Positions 1 through 8,379 of a stretch of 32,000 nucleotides of DNA are shown one piece after another. The notes below the pieces were generated by a model. That model made no database searches. It saw nothing but the letters and a program-made list of their open reading frames with translations, and was not told the origin of the DNA. This stretch comes from Paracoccus suum (GTDB lineage Bacteria; Pseudomonadota; Alphaproteobacteria; Rhodobacterales; Rhodobacteraceae). Made by a program: the position numbers and the translations under genes. Where the stretch lies: assembly GCF_003324675.1 (NCBI RefSeq), contig NZ_CP030918.1, forward strand, positions 270,001 to 302,000. Reading direction: 5' to 3'. Position 1 is the first letter of the stretch, and each line of letters starts with the position of its first letter.

Positions 1-715
1 TGGCCTTGAGGTCCTTCCACGCCTGGTTCGGAACCTTCTCGCCGCCGATGATGAAGGTCGGCGTGCCCTCCAGCCCGTCCTTGGTGGCGTTGCTCTGGTA
101 CGTCGCGACCAGCCGCTCGATCATGGCGGTGTCGTTCCAGCAGGCGTCCATCTGCGCCTCGGTCATGCCAGCCGAAAGGCCAACCTTGCGCAGGTTGGCG
201 GCGACTTCGTCACCCGACTTGGCCGGGGCCAGCCATTTGTCCTGCGTGGTCAGAAGCATCTCGCCGACGGGGTAGTATTTCGTCGGCTCGCAATGCGCGA
301 GGATGCCGGACCAAAGGCCGACCGCATCGAAATAGACGTCGCGCTGGATGAAGCGGACCTTGCCGGTGTCGATATATTCCGACTTCAGGGTCGGAAAGTT
401 CTCTTTGGCGAAATCCGCGCAGTGGCTGCAGGTGAACGAGGCGTATTCGATGATGGTCAGCGGCGCATCCGGCTGGCCGAGGACGATGTCATCCAGCAGC
501 TTGGGTGCCGGGCCGGGCGTCGGCTCGGCGGGGGTGGCATCCGCTGCCTTGGCGTCGGCCGCGGGCGCGGCCGGGGCGGCGGGGGCAGCCGTGGTCGGCG
601 CAGTCGCAGGGGCCGCGGTCTGGGCGGCGACCGGCAGCGCGGCAAAGCCCAGCGCGGCGCTTGCCAGCAGCACTGTGATCGTGCGGCGCAGGTTCGGGGT
701 GGCGATGTCCGTCAT
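1..715 (-). CDS. DsbA-family periplasmic thiol:disulfide oxidoreductase (C-terminus runs off the left edge of the window)
   Basis: I translated the minus strand myself from the ATG at 715-713. It starts MTDIATPNLRRTITVLLASAALGFAALPVAAQ (Sec-type signal), followed by an Ala/Pro-rich linker. It continues ...LTIIEYASFTCSHCADFAKENFPTLKSEYIDTGKVRFIQRDVYFD..., a thioredoxin-fold CxxC (CSHC) DsbA signature. The frame stays open to position 1, which explains its absence from the supplied ORF track. Its ATG overlaps the upstream gene's TGA (ATGA, 712-715). Confidence 0.8.
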   Translation of the reverse strand, partial: MTDIATPNLRRTITVLLASAALGFAALPVAAQTAAPATAPTTAAPAAPAAPAADAKAADATPAEPTPGPAPKLLDDIVLGQPDAPLTIIEYASFTCSHCADFAKENFPTLKSEYIDTGKVRFIQRDVYFDAVGLWSGILAHCEPTKYYPVGEMLLTTQDKWLAPAKSGDEVAANLRKVGLSAGMTEAQMDACWNDTAMIERLVATYQSNATKDGLEGTPTFIIGGEKVPNQAWKDLKA

Positions 716-1293
716 GATTGGCGGGCCTTTCTGATGGTGTCCCTGTGGGACAGATAGAGGGTCGCAAAACGCGCCACCGCAGCGGCGAGTGTCGGGTCGT
801 CAATTCCCTCGGCCGCGGCGCGGGCGCGGTCAAGCGCCTCCGGCCCTGGCGTCGGGGGTTCGGGGGCGGTTGGCCTAGCAAAGACGGCCTGCCCCTCGGC
901 AAAGCCGGCCGGCGCGGTCTGGGTCAGCGTCACACGCGATACGGCATTCCAGCCGTAGCAGGCGTTCACCCGCTCGCGGATCTGCGGCAGCATCATTTCC
1001 AGCCGCGGGGCATTAGGGCCCGTCGTAAGCAACACCAGCGTTGCGCCGGGGGCCACGCTCGCGCCGGCAGGCCCGGCGTTGCGGGCATGGGTCATGCGAA
1101 CCGGCCGGCACAGCATGGCGATGTCGCGGCCCACGACCTCTGGCCAGTGGGTCAGCAGGCGCGCGACGGCAAAACCCCGCCCCTCGCCGGCACGCCGGAC
1201 GGCGTCGGCCAGCAGTCCGGCAGCAGGCTCGAACCCGCGCATCCTGCGGCGGGGGGCAGAGGCGGGCGTGCTTGAGGGCGTGCGGGCGGCCAT
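712..1293 (-). CDS. DUF721 / DciA-like protein
   Basis: 193-aa ORF. The N-terminal segment RGFEPAAGLLADAVRRAGEGRGFAVARLLTHWPEVVG and the later ...LVLLTTGPNAPRLEMMLPQIRERVN... match my memory of the DUF721 (DciA) family. Divergent placement next to mutY is typical of alphaproteobacteria. An alternative in-frame start is M18 (MRGFEP). Confidence 0.65.
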   Translation of the reverse strand: MAARTPSSTPASAPRRRMRGFEPAAGLLADAVRRAGEGRGFAVARLLTHWPEVVGRDIAMLCRPVRMTHARNAGPAGASVAPGATLVLLTTGPNAPRLEMMLPQIRERVNACYGWNAVSRVTLTQTAPAGFAEGQAVFARPTAPEPPTPGPEALDRARAAAEGIDDPTLAAAVARFATLYLSHRDTIRKARQS

Positions 1294-1416
1294 ATCGCGG
1301 CCACTGTGACCCCGCGCCGCGCCCCGCGCCAGAGGCCGGGCACTGAAAATTGCGTGACAGGCCCGTCAACCTGGCACCATTGACAGCCCCGCGCCGCGCG
1401 GCCCACATCCCCCGCG

Positions 1417-2472
1417 ATGTCCCGTGGCCCGCAACCCCCCTCCCTCGATTTTGCGCCCGATCAGATCGCACCGGCGCTGCTCGGCTGGTATGATCGCCAT
1501 GCGCGCATGCTGCCTTGGCGTACGCCGCCGGGCAGCAATCAGCGGACCGACCCCTATCGCGTCTGGCTTTCCGAAGTTATGCTTCAACAGACTACCGTTG
1601 CCGCCGTGGCGGGCTATTTCCACCGCTTCACCGCCCGCTGGCCCACCGTCGAGGCCCTCGCCGCCGCGCCCGAGGCCGAGGTCATGGCCGCCTGGGCGGG
1701 CCTCGGATACTACGCCCGCGCCCGCAACCTGATCGCCTGCGCAGGTGCGGTCGCAGCACGCGGGGGCTTTCCGGACACACGGGACGAGTTGGCGAGCCTG
1801 CCCGGAATCGGCCCCTATACCTCGGCCGCCATCGCTGCGATCGCTTTCGATCGCGCCGAGACCGTGGTCGACGGCAACGTCGAGCGCGTGACCGCGCGCC
1901 TCTTTGCGGTCGAGACACCGTTGCCCGCTGCAAAGCCGGAACTCACACGCCTCGCGGGGCTACTGACCCCGCAGCACCGGCCCGGCGATTTCGCGCAGGC
2001 GATGATGGACCTGGGCGCCACGATCTGCACCCCGCGCAGCCCGGCCTGCGGGATTTGCCCGCTGCTCGGCCCCTGCCGAGCCCGCGCCATGGGGATCGCC
2101 ACCGAATTGCCGCGCAAACTACCCAAGGCGGCAAAGCCGCAGCGTCTCGGAAGGGTCTGGATTGCCCGCAACGGCCCCGAGCTGCTGGTCGAGACGCGTC
2201 CGGCGCGCGGGCTGCTCGGCGGCACGCTCGGCTTTCCGACGGCCGGCTGGGACGGAACCGATGCCGGGCCGCCGGTCGCCGCCGATTGGAGCGACGTCGG
2301 GCTGGTGCGGCATGTGTTCACGCATTTCGCGCTCGATTTAACGGTGCTGACCGGGATCGCGACCGGGCCCGCCAGGCGGGGACACTGGACGCCCGAGGCT
2401 GGCTTTGACGGCACGGCCATGCCCGGCTTGATGCGCAAGGCCTGGGCGTTGGCCCGCGAAGGTGGGCCCTGA
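1417..2472 (+). CDS. mutY: A/G-specific adenine DNA glycosylase
   Basis: 351-aa ORF. It contains LLGWYDRHARMLPWR...DPYRVWLSEVMLQQTTVAAV (HhH-GPD N-terminus). It has a four-Cys Fe-S loop, CTPRSPACGICPLLGPC, and a C-terminal NUDIX-like domain (VRHVFTHFALDL). Confidence 0.93.
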   Translation: MSRGPQPPSLDFAPDQIAPALLGWYDRHARMLPWRTPPGSNQRTDPYRVWLSEVMLQQTTVAAVAGYFHRFTARWPTVEALAAAPEAEVMAAWAGLGYYARARNLIACAGAVAARGGFPDTRDELASLPGIGPYTSAAIAAIAFDRAETVVDGNVERVTARLFAVETPLPAAKPELTRLAGLLTPQHRPGDFAQAMMDLGATICTPRSPACGICPLLGPCRARAMGIATELPRKLPKAAKPQRLGRVWIARNGPELLVETRPARGLLGGTLGFPTAGWDGTDAGPPVAADWSDVGLVRHVFTHFALDLTVLTGIATGPARRGHWTPEAGFDGTAMPGLMRKAWALAREGGP

Positions 2473-2529
2473 CCCTGGCCAGCAAGGGCGACGCCACGCC
2501 TCGCTGGCGGGACAGCCCGATTCGCGTTT

Positions 2530-3687
2530 ATGAGATGCGCCATGCAGAATACGCGCCCCATCAGCCCTTTGTTTCGCGACGCCCTGCCCTTCTGGCTGTC
2601 GCTGGGCATGGTGCCGCTGGTCGTGATCGCCGCGCGGCTGGGCGGGCTGTGGTTCCTGATCCTGCCGCTTTACGGCTGGTTCATGGTCACAGTTCTCGAC
2701 CGCCTGCTCGGCCTGAACGAGGAAAACCCCGAAACCGAAACGCCGGTCGAGGATCTGCTGTGGTATCGCCTGATCACCTGGCTGTGGTTCCCGGTTCAGG
2801 CGGGCGTCATCTTCGGCACCATCTGGTACGTGACCCACAGGGCCCACCTGTCGGGCTGGGAAAAGGCCGGCCTGTTTTTTGGCATCGGCGTGCCGTCAGG
2901 CACCATCGGCATCGTCTACGCCCATGAGTTGCTGCATCAGAAGGTCGGGTTCGAGCGCTGGCTGGGCGATCTGCTGCTGGCCAGCACGCTCTATTCCCAT
3001 TTCCGCACCGAACACCTGTTGGTGCATCATTCCTGGGTGGCAACGCCGCGCGATGCCGTGTCGGCGCGCTATAACGAGGGCTTCCACCGCTTTTTCGCGC
3101 GCGTCCTGTGGGAATCGCCGCGCAGCGCCTGGCGGGCCGAGCGGGCGCTGCTGGCCCGGCGCGGCCTGCCTGTCTGGCACCATCGCAACCCGTTCTGGCG
3201 CTTTGCGGCCCTGCAACTGGCGATGCTGGCCCTAGCCCTCGCCCTGGGCGGCTGGCAGGGCGTCCTGCTGTTCGTCTGGCAGGCCTTCATCGCCATCTGG
3301 CAGCTGGAGCTGACGAATTACGTCGAGCATTACGGCCTGACCCGCCGCCACCTCGGCAATGGCCGGTACGAGCATGTCATGCCGCGCCATTCCTGGAACG
3401 CGGCCCACACCGCGTCCAACTGGCTGCTGATCAACTTGCAGCGCCATTCGGACCACCACTACAAGCCGGACCGGCGCTTTCCGCTGTTGCAGACCTATGG
3501 CGAGGACGAAGCGCCGCAGCTGCCGCTGGGTTATCCGGCGATGACCTTCATGGCGATGGTCCCGCCCCTGTGGCGGCGGCGGATGAACCCGCGGGTGCGC
3601 GCCTGGCGGCGGCAGTTCTATCCCGACATCCAGGACTGGTCCGACTACAACAAGGGCCGGACGCCGATGCCGCGCAACGCTCTCTAG
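2530..3687 (+). CDS. alkB: AlkB-type integral-membrane di-iron alkane 1-monooxygenase / fatty-acid-desaturase-family hydroxylase
   Basis: 385-aa ORF with hydrophobic N-terminal helices. All histidine boxes are present: AHELLHQK, EHLLVHH, NYVEHYGL, LQRHSDHHY. From memory it is collinear with Pseudomonas putida GPo1 AlkB (AHELGHKK...EHNKGHH...). An alternative in-frame ATG lies at 2542. Confidence 0.85.
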   Translation: MRCAMQNTRPISPLFRDALPFWLSLGMVPLVVIAARLGGLWFLILPLYGWFMVTVLDRLLGLNEENPETETPVEDLLWYRLITWLWFPVQAGVIFGTIWYVTHRAHLSGWEKAGLFFGIGVPSGTIGIVYAHELLHQKVGFERWLGDLLLASTLYSHFRTEHLLVHHSWVATPRDAVSARYNEGFHRFFARVLWESPRSAWRAERALLARRGLPVWHHRNPFWRFAALQLAMLALALALGGWQGVLLFVWQAFIAIWQLELTNYVEHYGLTRRHLGNGRYEHVMPRHSWNAAHTASNWLLINLQRHSDHHYKPDRRFPLLQTYGEDEAPQLPLGYPAMTFMAMVPPLWRRRMNPRVRAWRRQFYPDIQDWSDYNKGRTPMPRNAL

Positions 3688-3691
3688 CGCG

Positions 3692-3728
3692 AAAAAAAGA
3701 CCCGCCGGAGGGCAGCTGCCGGCGGGTC
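3692..3728 (-). terminator. Intrinsic terminator downstream of ccrM, in the convergent alkB/ccrM gap
   Basis: A 10-bp GC stem, GACCCGCCGG (3699-3708) pairing with CCGGCGGGTC (3719-3728), encloses a 10-nt loop. Read on the minus strand, the hairpin is followed directly by T7 (A7 at 3692-3698 on the plus strand). A second imperfect hairpin, GGTCCCG...CGGGACC, sits at 3735-3761. Confidence 0.7.
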
Positions 3729-3778
3729 ACAGTTGGTCCCGCGCCCAGGCGCGTCGGGACCGAGGCAAGCAATGAGGA

Positions 3779-4978
<1,200 letters not shown>

Positions 4979-4988
4979 CTATATTGAA

Positions 4989-5624
4989 TCAGCAACTTAC
5001 GAATTCATCTTGGCACAACATCTTGTGTACCCTGGCAAAGCTGCGGCGATGATGTGGGGTCGGGCCATAGCGCTCGAGCCCGTCGCAATGCGTTCGCGTC
5101 GCGTAACCTGCGTTCCGCTCCCATCCATAACCGGGGTGCTGTTGCGCCAAATCCACCATGATCCGGTCGCGGGCAACCTTGGCCAGGATCGAGGCGGCTG
5201 CAATCGACAGGCTGCGGGCGTCGCCCGAGATGATGGCGCGGCCTGGGACGTCCAGATCGCGCGGGACGCGATTGCCATCGACCAGCGCGAGGCAGGGGCG
5301 CCGGGCGAGGCCGGCAATGGCCCGACACATGGCGCGGTGGCTGGCCCAGTAGATGTTGACCTCGTCGATCTCGGCGACGCTGGCATGGGCGACGCAGAAT
5401 TCGGCGACGGCCATGATGCGCACCGCCAGGCGCTCGCGCGCCTCGGCGGTCAGCTTCTTGCTGTCGTCGATCCCGCGCGGGATTCCGCGGGCGGGCAGGA
5501 TCACCGCCGCCGCGGTCACCGGCCCGGCCAGCGGGCCGCGGCCGACCTCGTCCACGCCGGCGACCAGCACCGCCCCCTCGGCCCAGGCCGCGCGCTCGAA
5601 CTGGAGGCCGCCTTTCACGCGCAC
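4989..5624 (-). CDS. rnhB: Ribonuclease HII
   Basis: 211-aa ORF with LVAGVDEVGRGPLAGPV (DEVGRG catalytic motif), GIDDSKKL and HPGYGWERNAGYATRTH. It starts at GTG 5624. An alternative GTG at 5618 would give a GTGA overlap with the upstream gene's stop. Confidence 0.9.
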   Translation of the reverse strand: MRVKGGLQFERAAWAEGAVLVAGVDEVGRGPLAGPVTAAAVILPARGIPRGIDDSKKLTAEARERLAVRIMAVAEFCVAHASVAEIDEVNIYWASHRAMCRAIAGLARRPCLALVDGNRVPRDLDVPGRAIISGDARSLSIAAASILAKVARDRIMVDLAQQHPGYGWERNAGYATRTHCDGLERYGPTPHHRRSFARVHKMLCQDEFVSC

Positions 5625-6091
5625 ACCGTCACGGGAGGAATCGAGATTTCCTCGAGGTTTTCCCCGTTACCCTCTCGATCGACAACAAAAAATTCCGCCG
5701 CGCCGCCGAGTGGAGTCAGCACCCCGTGCCAAGTGCCAGCCCACAGGTTTACACCAGTATGGGCCGGCACCAGGAACGCGCGTGGCGTGCCCGGCCGGCC
5801 GTCCGCGTCGGGCGCGACGATCGAGAGCCAAGGGCGATCGGACAGAGGCATGAAGGCCTGGCTGCCCAAAGGGTGGCGTTCCAGCAGGTCGAAACTGTAA
5901 GGAAGATCAACGCCCTGGCTGCGAAAGATCGAGAGAATTGCCTCGCCCTCGCCGCGCTCGACAGTCGCCAGCGCGTGGTGCCGCTCGCAGCGGCCAGCAT
6001 TGATCATCCGGCTCGGCTCGGTGCGGGGGGCCAGCACCTCGCCGAAGGGGGCGAAGGCGTCAGCGGTCAGGGGCTCGATGGCGATCTGCAT
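5615..6091 (-). CDS. Ureidoglycolate lyase (AllA)-like small cupin protein
   Basis: The track ORF 5615..6439 is too long because its 5' part overlaps zapE. I start at ATG 6091 (MQIAIEPLTADAFAPFGEVL...), giving 158 aa. The text ...ERHPLGSQAFMPL...WHGVL... resembles the AllA/ureidoglycolate hydrolase family as I recall it. Confidence 0.6.
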   Translation of the reverse strand: MQIAIEPLTADAFAPFGEVLAPRTEPSRMINAGRCERHHALATVERGEGEAILSIFRSQGVDLPYSFDLLERHPLGSQAFMPLSDRPWLSIVAPDADGRPGTPRAFLVPAHTGVNLWAGTWHGVLTPLGGAAEFFVVDREGNGENLEEISIPPVTVCA

Positions 6092-6162
6092 GGCGGCTTT
6101 CGGGTCGTCCACGGGAAGTTCGGTCCCCTTGCTCGCAAGCGCGGGGCCGCAACGCAAGTCCC

Positions 6163-7269
6163 TCAGCTTCCCCAGTCGGCGGCCTGCATCTCGGCGAGGC
6201 GGCTGGCGGTCCGTTCGAACTCGAAGGCGCCCTCGCCCTCTAAGTAGAGGCGGTCCGGCAGATCCGCCGCGGATGCGATCAGCCGCACCCGCGCCTCGTA
6301 AAGCGCATCGCCCAGCGTCACAAAGCGCCGCGCCTCGTTGAAGTTGGCGGCCGACAGGCGCGGGATGCTGTCGATCATCAGCACCCGCACCGCGGCGGCA
6401 ATGGCGAGATAGTCGGCTGGGCCGCGCGGCTGGCCGCACAAATCCCAGAACGATGCGCGGGCGACCCCCTCGTGAAACGCCGGCAGCACCAGATCGCGCC
6501 CCTGCACCGATAGGGTCTTCGGCCGCGGCGGCGCGCCGTGGGTCAGCCTTGCCCAGATGGCGTCCATAGCGGCGCGCGCGGCAGCATCAGCCGGGGTGAA
6601 CCAGACCTGCGATCCGGCCTGCCGGTCTTGGCGATGATCGCGCGGGCTGGCCAGTTCCGCGATTTCCATGCGCGTCTTGATCAGGTCGATGAAGGGCAGA
6701 AACAGGTCGCGGTTCAGGCCGTTCTTGTACAGTTCGTCCGGCGCCCGGTTCGAGGTCGTGATCAGCACCACGCCATGATCGAACAGGATCTGGAACAGGC
6801 GGCCGACGATCATCGCATCGGCGATGTCGGTGATCTGCATCTCGTCAAAGCAGAGCAGCCGGACCTCGGCCGCGATATGCTCGGCCACCGGGCGCACGGC
6901 GTCCTGCGCGCCGGCGCGGCGTGCCTCGTTCAGGCCAGCCTGCACCTCTTGCATGAAGGCATGAAAATGCACGCGGCGCCGGGCCGTGGTTGTCGCGGCG
7001 GCCATCGCCAGGTCCATCAGCATCGATTTGCCGCGCCCGACCCCGCCCCAAAGGTAAAGGCCGCCCGAGCCGGGGACAGCAGCCTGCCCCTCGCGCGCGT
7101 TGCCGCCGCCAAAGAGGCGGCCTAGCCAGCCTTCGCCCGCAGCGGGTGGCGTCCGGCCGACCGCGGCCAGCGCCCGGTCCAGCGCCGGCAGGACCGCGCG
7201 CTGGGCCGGATCGTCGGCGATCCGTCCAGCGGCTACAGCCTGGTCGTAGAGTGCGATTACCCCGGTCAT
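6163..7269 (-). CDS. zapE: AFG1-family ATPase / cell division protein ZapE
   Basis: Walker A is LYLWGGVGRGKSMLMD and Walker B is LLCFDEMQITDIADAMI. The family-typical start is MTGVIALYDQAV. I chose ATG 7269 rather than the track start at 7305. Confidence 0.85.
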   Translation of the reverse strand: MTGVIALYDQAVAAGRIADDPAQRAVLPALDRALAAVGRTPPAAGEGWLGRLFGGGNAREGQAAVPGSGGLYLWGGVGRGKSMLMDLAMAAATTTARRRVHFHAFMQEVQAGLNEARRAGAQDAVRPVAEHIAAEVRLLCFDEMQITDIADAMIVGRLFQILFDHGVVLITTSNRAPDELYKNGLNRDLFLPFIDLIKTRMEIAELASPRDHRQDRQAGSQVWFTPADAAARAAMDAIWARLTHGAPPRPKTLSVQGRDLVLPAFHEGVARASFWDLCGQPRGPADYLAIAAAVRVLMIDSIPRLSAANFNEARRFVTLGDALYEARVRLIASAADLPDRLYLEGEGAFEFERTASRLAEMQAADWGS

Positions 7270-7332
7270 GGGGGACGGCGTTTCAAAATCCGCGCCAACC
7301 CGCAAGGGGGTGGCGCGAACCAGTTGCAGCCC

Positions 7333-7914
7333 TCAGCGGCCGAAGCGGTTGAAGGTGACGCGCGGATCGGCGCCCCGGCCCAGCCAGTTCTGGGTCACGG
7401 CCGCGATATGAGCGACGATCTCGGCACGGTTGTCGAGGGTGGTCGAGGGCATCGCCGCCTGGATCGCCTGCGGCTCGGTCAGCGCCTCGCCCGTGCGGGC
7501 GTCGAACACCTGCGCGGTGTACGAGATGTTGTCGACGCCTGCGCCACTGAAGTTCTGGATCAGTTGCGCCGCCTGGGGGGTCAGGGCGTGGAACTGGGTG
7601 ACGGTGGCGGCGATGGTCACCCCGCGCTTGCCGCCAAGGCCAGCCGCGCCTGCGGTGATCCCCTCGCGCATGATCTCGGCCACCTGGGCGCGGCGGTCGC
7701 CCTCGGCCTCGCCGTGCCAGACGATGTCCGCGTTCGGCAGCGGGACGTTCTGTTCGCTGACGGTCAGGGTTTCAGGAACCGCGACGCTGACGCTGCGCAC
7801 GGACCAGCCGGCGGTCGTGGCAGGGTCGATCTGGGTGTAGTCGGTTTTCCACTGCTCTTGCCCGGCGCAACCGGCGACGGCCAGGGTGAGGGCAAGAAGA
7901 ATTGGGCGGAACAT
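7333..7914 (-). CDS. Predicted lipoprotein of unknown function
   Basis: 193-aa ORF. The N-terminus MFRPILLALTLAVAGCAGQ is a signal peptide with a lipobox (VAGC). GC-rich third codon positions are consistent with real coding sequence. I do not recognise the mature domain. Confidence 0.65.
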   Translation of the reverse strand: MFRPILLALTLAVAGCAGQEQWKTDYTQIDPATTAGWSVRSVSVAVPETLTVSEQNVPLPNADIVWHGEAEGDRRAQVAEIMREGITAGAAGLGGKRGVTIAATVTQFHALTPQAAQLIQNFSGAGVDNISYTAQVFDARTGEALTEPQAIQAAMPSTTLDNRAEIVAHIAAVTQNWLGRGADPRVTFNRFGR

Positions 7915-8379
7915 GGCGCGTCGTCCTCGGCAAAAGATTTTGATCTTGTTGAAGAAAGAAATTTTCGCGCCGGGGTAAATGGAAATCAGGCCACCAGCCG
8001 CAAGTTACATCGCTTGCGTGTATGACGCATGGGAAGTGCTCGCGATTTCGTGTTTGGGTTGCGCAAATTCGTAAGATGTCACAGTTCTTCGAGGCGTCCG
8101 CACCCGCCCGCGCGGCCCCTATGGCGGGGAGATTCGCGGGGGTCGCAGCAAAGATCGCAGCCCCGCCGACTCGGTGAGCCGCGCTGGCTGACGCCCTGCC
8201 CTTCCCCGTCGCGCGTTCAATCCCGACGGAGAGCCCACCAACCCGACACACCCGATCATCCCCAGATCACGACCCCGGCACCCCCGCGCCGCATCCCGCC
8301 GGGAGGCCTCCCTTCCGGTTGCCGCGCCGGGCCCGTGCGCGTAGAACGGCCCGCACCCGCCGCCGCCAGAGGCCCCGAA

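Noticed and set aside
6092-6439. Upstream 116 codons of track ORF 5615..6439
   Set aside because: This part overlaps the 3' end of zapE in another frame and is Arg/Gly-rich. The cupin domain begins at the internal ATG 6091.
8215-8240. tRNA 3'-end-like string GTTCAATCCCGACGGAGAGCCCACCA, possibly a tRNA gene or an att-site remnant of an integrated element
   Set aside because: No 5' acceptor strand complementary to the 3' acceptor (GGGCTCT or GCTCTCC) lies about 70 nt upstream. The flanks of TTCAATC do not form a 5-bp T-stem; only a 6-bp stem with a 12-nt loop is possible. No integrase gene and no second copy of the string occur in the window. I kept it only as a detail of the intergenic-region finding.
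8029-8379. 117-codon in-frame N-terminal extension of gpmI suggested by the ORF track
   Set aside because: The translation (…SSSRRPHPPARPLWRGDSRGSQQRSQPRRLGEPRW…) is Arg/Pro/Ser-rich junk, and part of the DNA is AT-rich intergenic-looking sequence. The family N-terminus (VMLCILDGWG) starts right after ATG 8380.
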